A stretch of 64,000 nucleotides of DNA, taken from assembly GCA_035517115.1 (NCBI GenBank), contig DATIZL010000010.1, positions 9,070 to 73,069 of the forward strand, read 5' to 3'. This DNA comes from Hyphomicrobium sp. Lineage in GTDB: Bacteria; Pseudomonadota; Alphaproteobacteria; Rhizobiales; Hyphomicrobiaceae. A program made the position numbers and the translations under genes. The notes under the pieces were generated by a model, which worked only from the letters and a program-made list of their open reading frames with translations, made no database searches and was not told the origin of the DNA. This document shows positions 34,987-43,840 of this stretch, one piece after another (the first letter of the stretch is position 1; each line of letters opens with the position of its first letter).

Positions 34987-37980
34987 ATGAGCCACGCCAA
35001 AGTCTCCCCCAAGCCCAAGAAAGCCTCGACCTCCACCGTCCCCGCCGGCGAGGCGACGCCCATCGTCAAGGGCAGCCACGTCTATCTCGTCGACGGCTCG
35101 GGCTACATCTTCCGCGCCTTCCACGCGCTCCCGCCGCTGACGCGGCCGTCGGACGGCACGCCGGTCGGCGCCGTGCACGGGTTCTGCGCGATGCTGTGGA
35201 AGCTCTTGCGCGAATCGAAGGCGTCGGAGGCGCCCACGCACATCGCGGTGGTGTTCGATGCCGGCCGCGAGAACTTCCGCAACGAGATCTACAAGGAGTA
35301 CAAGGCGCACCGTCCGCCGCCGCCGGAGGAGCTCGTCCCCCAGTTCCCCTTGATCCGCGACGCGGTCAAGGCCTTCAACGTCGCCTGCGTCGAGCAGGAG
35401 GGCTATGAGGCCGACGACCTCATCGCCACCTATGTGCGCCACGTGGTCGATTTGGGCGGCGACGTCACCATCGTCTCCTCCGACAAGGACCTGATGCAGC
35501 TCGTGCGCCCCGGCGTCGTCATGCTCGATGCCGTGAAGTCCAAGAAGCTCGGGCGCGAGGAGGTGATGGAGAAGTTCGGCGTGCCCCCCGACAAGGTCGT
35601 GGACGTGCAGGCGCTCGCGGGCGATTCCACCGACAACGTGCCGGGCGTCCCTGGCATCGGCGTCAAGACGGCGGCCGAGCTGATCAAGGAATACGACAAC
35701 CTCGATACGCTCTTGGAGCACGCCTCGGAGATCAAGCAGCCCAAGCGCCGCGAGAAGCTCATCGAGTTCGCCGACCAGGCGCGGCTGTCGCGCGAGCTCG
35801 TGCGCTTGAAGAGCGACGTCGACATCGACGTGCCGGTCGAGGCGCTCGGCGTGCACGATCCCGAGCCCGAGGCGCTGCTGGGCTTCCTGCGCCTCATGGA
35901 GTTCAACACGCTCACCCGGCGCATCTCGGAAGCGCTGGGCGCCGAGCCTCCCCCGCCCGCATCGGCCGCGACCGCTGCGAGCCCGGCCGCGAAGGAACAC
36001 AAGCCGGAGCCCGGAGCGAAGGCCGCGAAGCCTCAGGCCGCCGCGGCCGAGACCCCCGGCGCTGCCGCGCTCATCGCGCTTGCCGCGGCGAAAGCTCCCT
36101 TCGACCGCTCGAAGTACGAGACCGTCACCACGGCCGAGCGGCTCGCCGCCTGGATCGCGGATGCGCGTGCCGCGGGCCGCGTCGCCTTCGACACCGAGAC
36201 GACCGACATCGATCCGATGAAGGCCGAGCTCGTCGGCTTCTCGCTCGCCACCGCGCCGGGCAAGGCCGCCTACGTGCCGCTTTCCCACCGCCGTGCCGCC
36301 ACCGAGCTCGATTTCGGCGGCCATTCGCTGCCGCAGGTGCCGCTGCGCGCAGCGCTCGATCTCTTGAAGCCGATGCTCGAGGACCCCTCGATTTTGAAGA
36401 TCGGGCAGAACCTCAAGTTCGATTTCAACGTGCTCGCCCAGCACGGCATCCGCATCGCCTCCTTCGACGACACCATGCTGATGTCCTACGCGCTCGACGT
36501 CGGCAAGGGCAGCCACGGCATGGACGACCTCGCCATGCGCCACCTGGGCCATGCCTGCATCTCCTTCGAGCAGGTGATGGCGCACGCGCCGGGCAAGAAG
36601 AAGTCGGAGCGCACCTTCGCGCAGCTTCCGCTCGACAAGGCCACCGAGTACGCGGCGGAAGACGCCGACGTGACGCTGAGGCTATGGATGGTGTTGAAGG
36701 CGCGCCTCGTGGCGGAGCGGGTGGCGACCGTCTACGAGACGCTCGAGCGGCCGCTGCTCCCCGTCATCGCCGACATGGAGCGCACCGGCATCAACGTCGA
36801 CGCCGCCATCCTGTCGAAGCTGTCGAGCACGTTCGCACAAGGAGTGGCGCGGCTCGAGGAGGAGGTGAACCGCCTCGTCGGCCACAAGTTCAACTTGGGC
36901 AGCCCGCGCCAGCTCGGCGAATTGCTGTTCGACCGCCTGCAGTTGCCGGGCGGCAAGCGCACCAAGACGGGGCAGTGGGAGACGCGGGCAGGCCTGCTCG
37001 ACGATCTCGCCGCCAACGAGGAGCTGCCCGAGGACGCGCGCAAGCTCATCAACACCATGCTCGAATGGCGCCAGTTGACCAAGCTGCGCTCGACCTACAC
37101 GGACGCGCTCCCCGGCTACGTCGACGCCAACACCGGGCGCATCCACACCTGCTACGCGCTCGGCGCCACCACCACGGGCCGGCTCGCCTCCTCCGAGCCC
37201 AATCTGCAGAACATCCCCATCCGCACCAAGGAGGGCCGCGCCATCCGCACCTCCTTCATCGCGGACAAAGGCAAGAAGCTCGTCTCCGCCGACTACAGCC
37301 AGATCGAGCTCAGGGTGCTCGCCCACATCGCCGACATCCCGCAGCTGAGGCAGGCCTTCGCCGACGGCCTCGACATCCACGCCATGACGGCATCCGAAAT
37401 GTTCGACGTGCCGATCGCGGGCATGCCGGCCGAGGTGCGCCGCCGCGCCAAGGCCATCAACTTCGGCATCATCTACGGCATCTCGGCGTTCGGCCTCGCC
37501 AACCAGCTCGGCATCGGGAAGGACGAGGCGGGCGCTTACATCAAGACCTACTTCGAGCGCTTCCCGGGCATCCGCGACTACATGGAGGGCACGAAGAAGC
37601 GCGCGCACGAGCGCGGCTACGTGGAGACCATCTTCGGGCGGCGCATCCACTACCCCGAGATCAACACCAAGAACCCGAGCGTGCGCGGCAACCTCGAGCG
37701 CGCGGCGATCAACGCGCCGATCCAGGGCTCGGCGGCCGACATCATCCGCCGCGCCATGATCCGCATGCCGCACGCGCTCACCGCCGCCGGCTTGAAGTCG
37801 GCACGCATGCTGCTGCAGGTGCACGACGAGCTCGTGTTCGAGGTCGCAGAGGCCGAGGTCGAGAAGACCCTGAAGACGGTGACGAAAGTGATGGAGGGGG
37901 CCGCACTGCCGGCGGTGGCGCTGAAGGTGCCGATCCACGTCGACGCCAAGGCGGCGGACAACTGGGAAGCCGCGCACTGA
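34987..37980 (+). CDS. polA: DNA polymerase I
   Basis: LVDGSGYIFRAFHA 5'-3' exonuclease; FDTET, YAAEDAD 3'-5' exonuclease; SADYSQIELR, KAINFGIIYG, LQVHDEL polymerase motifs. Confidence 0.98.
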   Translation: MSHAKVSPKPKKASTSTVPAGEATPIVKGSHVYLVDGSGYIFRAFHALPPLTRPSDGTPVGAVHGFCAMLWKLLRESKASEAPTHIAVVFDAGRENFRNEIYKEYKAHRPPPPEELVPQFPLIRDAVKAFNVACVEQEGYEADDLIATYVRHVVDLGGDVTIVSSDKDLMQLVRPGVVMLDAVKSKKLGREEVMEKFGVPPDKVVDVQALAGDSTDNVPGVPGIGVKTAAELIKEYDNLDTLLEHASEIKQPKRREKLIEFADQARLSRELVRLKSDVDIDVPVEALGVHDPEPEALLGFLRLMEFNTLTRRISEALGAEPPPPASAATAASPAAKEHKPEPGAKAAKPQAAAAETPGAAALIALAAAKAPFDRSKYETVTTAERLAAWIADARAAGRVAFDTETTDIDPMKAELVGFSLATAPGKAAYVPLSHRRAATELDFGGHSLPQVPLRAALDLLKPMLEDPSILKIGQNLKFDFNVLAQHGIRIASFDDTMLMSYALDVGKGSHGMDDLAMRHLGHACISFEQVMAHAPGKKKSERTFAQLPLDKATEYAAEDADVTLRLWMVLKARLVAERVATVYETLERPLLPVIADMERTGINVDAAILSKLSSTFAQGVARLEEEVNRLVGHKFNLGSPRQLGELLFDRLQLPGGKRTKTGQWETRAGLLDDLAANEELPEDARKLINTMLEWRQLTKLRSTYTDALPGYVDANTGRIHTCYALGATTTGRLASSEPNLQNIPIRTKEGRAIRTSFIADKGKKLVSADYSQIELRVLAHIADIPQLRQAFADGLDIHAMTASEMFDVPIAGMPAEVRRRAKAINFGIIYGISAFGLANQLGIGKDEAGAYIKTYFERFPGIRDYMEGTKKRAHERGYVETIFGRRIHYPEINTKNPSVRGNLERAAINAPIQGSAADIIRRAMIRMPHALTAAGLKSARMLLQVHDELVFEVAEAEVEKTLKTVTKVMEGAALPAVALKVPIHVDAKAADNWEAAH

Positions 37981-37986
37981 ACGGGC

Positions 37987-38178
37987 ATGACAATGAAGAA
38001 GCAGGAGGATCGCAAGCGCGTCTGCGGGGCCCACACAGGCGAGTTCGTCCTGCCGGAGAGCTTGTTCGACGAGCTGCCCGAGGAGCTGGCCGCATTTGAG
38101 GGCGGCTACTCGACAGACCCGGTTTCAGTCGCGGAGCGCAACAAGAACCCGCTGAAGCGGAGCAGGACGCGCAGGTGA
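37987..38178 (+). CDS. Small hypothetical protein, weakly antitoxin-like
   Basis: 63 aa directly after polA; G..TGEFVLPESLFDELPEELAAFEG resembles the acidic C-terminus of Phd/DUF2281-type antitoxins. Confidence 0.45.
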   Translation: MTMKKQEDRKRVCGAHTGEFVLPESLFDELPEELAAFEGGYSTDPVSVAERNKNPLKRSRTRR

Positions 38179-38189
38179 TCCTCTTTGGT

Positions 38190-38326
38190 GTCATTCCCGC
38201 GAAGGCGGGAACCCAAAACACCTCGCACGAGGGGTTGGTCTCTGCCACTTTCGACAAGGTAGCTAACGTGCCGCGGGCGAGTGCACTGCGGAATGCTGGC
38301 TGGGTCCCCGCCTACGCGGGGATGAC
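38190..38326. repeat. REP-like element, family B
   Basis: GTCATTCCCGCGAAGGCGGGAACCCA...TGGGTCCCCGCCTACGCGGGGATGAC. Confidence 0.88.
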
Positions 38327-38463
38327 GGAGGAGTGGTGCGCCCGCCATCAGACACGCTTATGTGAACGGCAAGAAAATGCGATTGGCGCTTATTGACGCG
38401 GACCCCATATAACACGCGCCAGGCCGAGCGATGTCCGCTCGAGCCCAATCGGAGGAAAGCACC

Positions 38464-38553
38464 ATGAAGGTTTGGACCAAGCCCGCCGTGCGCGAGCAGG
38501 AAGTTGGCCTCGAGGTCACGTCCTACCTGCCGGCCGAGATCGACATCATCTGA
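38464..38553 (+). CDS. pqqA: PQQ precursor peptide PqqA (29 aa; absent from the ORF track)
   Basis: GGAGG SD; MKVWTKPAVREQEVGLEVTSYLPAEIDII contains the W..P leader and the E-x-x-x-Y core (EVTSY). Confidence 0.88.
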   Translation: MKVWTKPAVREQEVGLEVTSYLPAEIDII

Positions 38554-38574
38554 CGTCGTCTCGCAAGCGAATCT

Positions 38575-38613
38575 CAGACGGCGGCCGGAGCCTCCGGCCG
38601 CCGTCTGCATTTT
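38575..38613 (+). terminator. Intrinsic terminator after pqqA (probably bidirectional)
   Basis: 15-bp perfect stem CAGACGGCGGCCGGA/TCCGGCCGCCGTCTG followed by CATTTT. Confidence 0.8.
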
Positions 38614-38632
38614 GGAGCCGCCGCCTCGCCCT

Positions 38633-39100
38633 TCAAATCCAGCGGCGCACTCTCGCCTTGTAGGCGCGGAACGCATCGCCGAACTGCCGCTCCATCTTTG
38701 CCTCCTCGAACGGGATGATGATGAAATTGTCGAGAAGAAAGAGCAGCACGGGCGCGGCAAAGAGGAGCGGCGCGCCGACGAGAAGCGCAACCCCGAGCGT
38801 GATCGTGACCATGCCCACGTACATGGGGTTGCGCGTCAAGGCGTAAGGCCCGTGTGTGACGAGCGCCTTATTGGTCGGCGAGGACGGCTGCACCTCGGTG
38901 CCCGCGCCGCGAAACGTCAGCACGCCCCACGCCGAGAAGGCAAGCCCAAGGGCGATGACCGCTACTCCGGCACCGCGGAATTGCGGCCCGCTTTGCCAGT
39001 CGAGCAACGCGCCGGCGAAATAGAGTGCAGCAAGGATGAGCGCCGCCCAAATGGGTGTTGGAATGACGACGACGAGGGACGGCTTGGACGAATTGGCCAT
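38633..39100 (-). CDS. Isoprenylcysteine carboxyl methyltransferase / PEMT family membrane protein
   Basis: LVTHGPYALTRNPMYVG, EEAKME..FG..F..Y...VRRWI. Confidence 0.88.
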   Translation of the reverse strand: MANSSKPSLVVVIPTPIWAALILAALYFAGALLDWQSGPQFRGAGVAVIALGLAFSAWGVLTFRGAGTEVQPSSPTNKALVTHGPYALTRNPMYVGMVTITLGVALLVGAPLLFAAPVLLFLLDNFIIIPFEEAKMERQFGDAFRAYKARVRRWI

Positions 39101-39201
39101 GGCTTATGTTCTCCGCAGTCTGCCGGCAGCGGCTTTCAGATGGGGAAGTCTTGCGCCTTCGCCAAGCCTGCTGATCGGATTTGCGTGCAGATATGAGCGG
39201 G

Positions 39202-39627
39202 CTATGGCAGGGCTGCACGTTGAGGCCGCCAGTGCGCGGTGCCCGCATCCGGCGGCGAGATCGATTTCAAATATGCGATGATCTTCTTGCGCGTCTCCGC
39301 GTCCGTGATGCCGCCGTAGGGCGGGCTCATCTGGTTGCCGGAGATCACGGCGTCGGGATCGGCAATCCACTTGTCGAGCGTGGGCTCGTCCCAGGTCACG
39401 CCGGAATCCTTTAGCGACTGCGAGAAGGCATAGCCGGGGAGCACGCCGGCCTTGCGGCCAACAACGCCGTAGAGCGACGGCCCCAGCCGGTTGTCGTCCT
39501 TCAGGAAGGAGTGGCACTCGCGGCAGTGGTCGTTGTACGTGATCTCGAGGCCGTCGTCGGCGGCTCTGGCTTGGATGGGGCTCAAAAGCGCGGCCAGCGC
39601 GGCGCAAACGGCGAGACGGCGGATCAT
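39202..39627 (-). CDS. Class I c-type cytochrome (c2-like)
   Basis: GGAGG SD, signal peptide, CRECH, GPSLYGVVGRKAG, GVTWDE..LDKWIADP, GNQM. Confidence 0.9.
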   Translation of the reverse strand: MIRRLAVCAALAALLSPIQARAADDGLEITYNDHCRECHSFLKDDNRLGPSLYGVVGRKAGVLPGYAFSQSLKDSGVTWDEPTLDKWIADPDAVISGNQMSPPYGGITDAETRKKIIAYLKSISPPDAGTAHWRPQRAALP

Positions 39628-39693
39628 CGAGGCCTCCTGCGGCGAGTGCGCAGAAGGGTGCCACAACAACGCTAAGGGCGGGCTAACGCGGCC

Positions 39694-41001
39694 TCAAACC
39701 GGTGAGACGGCGAGCTCGACGTGCTGGGAGCGGCGCGCCGTGCGCCGGTCGAGCGGGATGGCGCCGCGCGAGTATTCGACGGCGCGGATGAACTCGCGGA
39801 TGCGCGGCTGCACCTCCGTACGCCAGCGGGTGCCGTTGAACACGCCGTAGTGACCGACGCCCTCCTGCGTGTACTCGACCTTCATGTGGTCGGAGATGCT
39901 GGAGCACAGCTCCTGGGCCGCATGCGTCTGACCCGCCCCGCACACGTCGTCGCGCTCGCCCTCGATGGTCATCAGCGCGGTGTCGAAGATCTCCGAGCAG
40001 TCGACGCGCACGCCGCGGTGCATCATCATGCCCCTGGGCAGCGCGTGCTCCTGGAACACCGTCTCGATCGTTTGCAGGTAGAACTCGGCGGTCAAATCCA
40101 TGACCGCCAGGTACTCCTCGTAGAAGTCCTGGTGCTGCTTGACCGAGTCGCAGTCGCCCTTGATGAGGTTGTTGAACAGCTCCACGTGCGCGCTCATGTG
40201 GCGCTCGAGGTTCATGGTCATGAAGCCCGTGAGCTGCATGAAGCCCGGGTAGACCTGGCGCATGAAGCCGGCGTGCGGCAGCGGCACGGTCGAGATCACG
40301 TTGTGCTCGAACCAGTTGAGCGAGCGCGCCTCGGCGAGCTTGTTGACCGCGGTGGGGTTGCGGCGGGCGTCGATCGGCCCCGCCATCAGCGTCATCGAGG
40401 CCGGCTGGCAGGGGTCGTCCGTGCTTGCCATGTGCGCGACGGCCGCGAGCACCGGCACCGCCGGCTGGCAGACGCCCATCACGTGCGTGTCGGGCCCGAT
40501 GGCGCGGATGAAGTCGATGACGTGGTCGATGAAGTCGTCGAGGTCGAAGCGGCCCATGGCGAGCGGGATCTCGCGCGCATCGACCCAATCGGTGATGTAG
40601 ACGTCGTGCTCGGGCAGCATCGCCTTGACGGTGCCGCGCAACAGCGTCGGGTAGTGGCCCGACAGCGGCGCGACGATCAGCACCTTGGGATCGTAGCGGC
40701 GCCCCAAAGCGCGCACGTCGCGCTCGAAATGCACAAGCTGGCAGAACGGCGTCGCCGTGACGATGCGCTCGCGCACCGGCACCTCGACATTGCCGACGCG
40801 CGCCGTCTTGATGCCGAACTCCGGCTTGCCGTAGCGGCGCGTCACGTTCTCGAACACCTCGCAGGCCGCCGCGAGATGGCGGCCGAGCGGCGTGTTGGTA
40901 AACGGGTTCATGGGCCAGTCGAGCGCGGTGCGGATGGCATGCGCGCCGATGCGCAGCGGCGAGATCACCGTGTGCGCTAATTCGTAAGCATAGTAGTGCA
41001 T
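39694..41001 (-). CDS. phaZ: Intracellular polyhydroxyalkanoate depolymerase
   Basis: VAPLSGHYPTLLRGTV, GVCQPAVP, GPIDAR.NPT, VYPGFMQL, EGERDDV, GHYGVFNG.RW. Confidence 0.93.
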   Translation of the reverse strand: MHYYAYELAHTVISPLRIGAHAIRTALDWPMNPFTNTPLGRHLAAACEVFENVTRRYGKPEFGIKTARVGNVEVPVRERIVTATPFCQLVHFERDVRALGRRYDPKVLIVAPLSGHYPTLLRGTVKAMLPEHDVYITDWVDAREIPLAMGRFDLDDFIDHVIDFIRAIGPDTHVMGVCQPAVPVLAAVAHMASTDDPCQPASMTLMAGPIDARRNPTAVNKLAEARSLNWFEHNVISTVPLPHAGFMRQVYPGFMQLTGFMTMNLERHMSAHVELFNNLIKGDCDSVKQHQDFYEEYLAVMDLTAEFYLQTIETVFQEHALPRGMMMHRGVRVDCSEIFDTALMTIEGERDDVCGAGQTHAAQELCSSISDHMKVEYTQEGVGHYGVFNGTRWRTEVQPRIREFIRAVEYSRGAIPLDRRTARRSQHVELAVSPV

Positions 41002-41038
41002 CGCGGCGCCTCCCCGCTGTAGTGCGACCGATGCGGTG

Positions 41039-41047
41039 TGCGATGCA
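41039..41047. promoter_or_regulatory. Possible PhaR (AniA) binding core upstream of phaZ
   Basis: TGCGATGCA fits TGC-R-N-Y-GCA; 38 nt upstream of the phaZ start. Confidence 0.4.
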
Positions 41048-41298
41048 AGATTATGGTGCTGAACGCTTTTCTGACTAGAAAAAAAGTGTCATCAAGCTGC
41101 GGCAATTCTCCCCTCATCAACAGCTAATTGCCTCCCCACCCAGAAATAGCGGGGCAGCCATGAAATCCCGCCGTGGCAGGTAAATGCGGCCTCCTGCCGG
41201 CGCGGTTTTGGCCTTGGGCCCCAGGGTGACATAATGCGCCCGTATGCCATGCGGCGTCCGCCGTATGGCCCCTCGGCAACAGGAGCACCGGTTCAGCG

Positions 41299-43551
41299 AT
41301 GGAGAAGCAAACGCCGCGCGGCAGGCCACCGGTCCGCCTCGAGGGCAACCGCTACCCGGACGGGCGCCCGGCGGGGCCCACGCGGCCGCAGCAGCGCCCC
41401 ACGCCCGAGCCCCAGCCGAACCTGCTTCTCACTGGGCTGATCTACGGCGGCATCGGCCTGTTGGCGCTCGGCGTCGCCACTTTCACCTTCCTGATGATCT
41501 CGCCGCCGACCGATTTCATCCGCAATCAGGTCGTCGCCGAGGTGCGGGCCGAGACGGGCCGCGACTTCAAGATCGCCGGCCCTGCCTCGTTCACGTTCTT
41601 CCCATCCGTCGGCATGCGCGTGCAGGATGTGTCGCTGTCGGCGCCCCCCGAGATGGGCGGCGAGCCGCTGCTCACCGCGCAGAGCCTCGATGTCGGCGTT
41701 CACTTCTGGCCGCTCGTGCGCCGCGAGGTCGTCGTCGATCGGCTGGTGCTGCATAAGCCGGTGTTCAACCTGCGCGTCGACGCGCAGGGGCGCCGGAGCT
41801 GGGACATGGCCGGGAGCCCGGCGCCGGTCCGCTACGCAGAGGCCGCAACCACGCTCACCGACGCGCCGATCCGCGTGGCCGCCAATGAGGGTGACGCCGG
41901 CGCCCGCCGCCTCGATGTGGGCGAGCTCTCGCTCGGCGACGTGCGCATCGAGGACGGAATCCTGCGCTATAGCGACGAGCGCTCCGGCATCCAGCGCGAG
42001 GTCACCGCCATCGACGCCGACGTCGCGGCGCCTTCGCTCGCGAGCCCTGTCGACGCCAAGGGCAGCTTGCTGTCGCAGAGCGAGAAGATTGCCTTCGACG
42101 CCAAGATCACCTCGCTCGGCGATCTTGTGCAGGCGCGCCCGGCGAAGCTTGCCCTCAACGTCTCGGGGCGGCCGCTCAACGTGCACTACGACGGCACCAT
42201 CGCGCTGCAGAAGGACATCGCCGCGGAAGGCAGCCTCAACGGCGACACGGCCTCGGTGCGCACGCTTGCCGAATGGCTCGGCACGCGGCTGCCGCGCTCC
42301 TCCGGCTTCGGCGCCGCCACGCTCGCCGCCAACCTGACCGGAAGCGGGGACTCCTGGCGCTTCTCCGACACCAAGCTCACGCTGGATGGCGCCACCGCGA
42401 CCGGCACCGTTGGCCTCATCACCTCGGGCAAGCGCCCGCACGTGGTGGCCGACCTCAAGGTCACGGGCCTCAACCTCGACAGCTATTCCGCCCGCGGCGC
42501 GCAAGGCGAGCGGGCCGCTCCGGCGCCTCCGGCAGAGGCCGCGCCGCCTACGCAGGCGCCGTCCGGGCCGCGCTCCATCGACGACCTGCTCGAGCAGCCG
42601 GGGCCCAAAGTGAAGGGCTTTACGCAGCGCGAGGGGTGGAGCGGCGAGCCCTTCGATCTCTCCGGCCTCGACCTCGCCGATGCCGACGCCAAGCTCTCGA
42701 TCTCCGGGCTCACCTACGCCGGCATGCAGGTCGATTCCTCGGAGGTCTCGCTCACGCTCAAGGATCGCGTGCTCAAGACGGTGCTTCCCGACTTCCGCCT
42801 CTACAAGGGCCGCGGCAGCGGCGCCGTCACCCTCGACGGCACCGGCAAGGAGGCGCTCGTTGCCGCCGACTTCGCGCTCGCCAACATCGCCGCCCAGCCG
42901 CTGCTCAAAGACTCCGCCGGCATCGATTGGCTGTCGGGCAACTACAACGGCAACCTTTCCATCAAGGGCCACGGCGCCAGCGAGGAGGCGCTGGTGCAGT
43001 CCCTGAACGGCAAGGGCGACTTTGCCGTCAGCAACGGCGCGGTTTCAGGCTTCAACCTGGGCGGCGCCCTGCGCGAGCTGCGCGACGGCAACATCCCCGA
43101 TTTCGAGACCTCGCCATCGCAAAAGACCGACTTCACAGCGCTCACCGGAAGCTTCCTCATCACCGACGGCGTCGCCCGCAACGAGGACCTGAAGCTCTCC
43201 GGCCCGGCTGTACGCGCCACCGGCTCCGGCTCCATCGATCTGCCCGCGCGCAGCCTCGACTACACGGTGAAGCCGACGCTCGTCGCCAGCGCCGAAGGCG
43301 AGGGTGGCGCGGAGGATCTCGCCGGCATCGAGGTGCCTGTGCACATCACTGGCGCCTGGAGCGCGCCGAAGATCGAGCCCGACTTCGAAGGCGCGCTCAA
43401 CAGCGAGAAGAACCGCAACACCGTGAAGGAGATCGGCAAGAAGCTCGGTGGCAAGGACGTCGGCGAGGCGATCGACAACCTGCTCAAGAAGGGCGAGAAC
43501 GGCGAGCCGTCGAAAGCGGAAAAGTTCCTCGACAAGATATTCGGGAAGTAG
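41299..43551 (+). CDS. AsmA family protein
   Basis: N-terminal TM, ETGRDFKIAG, beta-rich body, C-terminal TDFTALTGSF.I.DGVARNEDL.L, IEVPVHITG.WSAP. Confidence 0.88.
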   Translation: MEKQTPRGRPPVRLEGNRYPDGRPAGPTRPQQRPTPEPQPNLLLTGLIYGGIGLLALGVATFTFLMISPPTDFIRNQVVAEVRAETGRDFKIAGPASFTFFPSVGMRVQDVSLSAPPEMGGEPLLTAQSLDVGVHFWPLVRREVVVDRLVLHKPVFNLRVDAQGRRSWDMAGSPAPVRYAEAATTLTDAPIRVAANEGDAGARRLDVGELSLGDVRIEDGILRYSDERSGIQREVTAIDADVAAPSLASPVDAKGSLLSQSEKIAFDAKITSLGDLVQARPAKLALNVSGRPLNVHYDGTIALQKDIAAEGSLNGDTASVRTLAEWLGTRLPRSSGFGAATLAANLTGSGDSWRFSDTKLTLDGATATGTVGLITSGKRPHVVADLKVTGLNLDSYSARGAQGERAAPAPPAEAAPPTQAPSGPRSIDDLLEQPGPKVKGFTQREGWSGEPFDLSGLDLADADAKLSISGLTYAGMQVDSSEVSLTLKDRVLKTVLPDFRLYKGRGSGAVTLDGTGKEALVAADFALANIAAQPLLKDSAGIDWLSGNYNGNLSIKGHGASEEALVQSLNGKGDFAVSNGAVSGFNLGGALRELRDGNIPDFETSPSQKTDFTALTGSFLITDGVARNEDLKLSGPAVRATGSGSIDLPARSLDYTVKPTLVASAEGEGGAEDLAGIEVPVHITGAWSAPKIEPDFEGALNSEKNRNTVKEIGKKLGGKDVGEAIDNLLKKGENGEPSKAEKFLDKIFGK

Positions 43552-43685
43552 TGGGGCACCTCGCCGCGTGACGCTCTCCACGTGCCCGCGGGCATCGGAA
43601 TTTCGGCTCTTGCGGCCGCGCTCGATTTTTGCTGCGCGCCTCGCGCTGAAAAAAAATTGCCCCGCGCGCAAATTTTTTCTTGCGT

Positions 43686-43840
43686 AGGGGGGGTAGGTGC
43701 CTCATATGACCCCTCTCCGTTCGTCCACCTGCCCTTAAGGTCGAGGTTTTCCAAAAACCCCAAAGGTAAGGAGCGGACGGGTCACCTCTATCTGCTGGTT
43801 GGGGAGGGTCATATGGCCTTTAATGACACCCTCTTCCAAT
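43686..43840 (+). promoter_or_regulatory. Structured speD leader with a 10-codon uORF (43706-43738, MTPLRSSTCP) and alternative anti-SD helices
   Basis: CATATGACCCCTCTCC (43703-43718) is complementary to GGGGAGGGTCATATG (43801-43815), which contains the SD and start codon; an inner helix and a second GGGTCA at 43779-43784 give an alternative pairing. Confidence 0.55.

Noticed and set aside
7198-38326. Repeated palindromes as a CRISPR array
   Set aside because: Copies are dispersed over tens of kb, not regularly spaced, and no cas genes are present.
43582-43812. Apparent long N-terminal extension of SpeD
   Set aside because: Runs through A/T tracts and the leader with atypical codons; the SD sits at 43801-43808.
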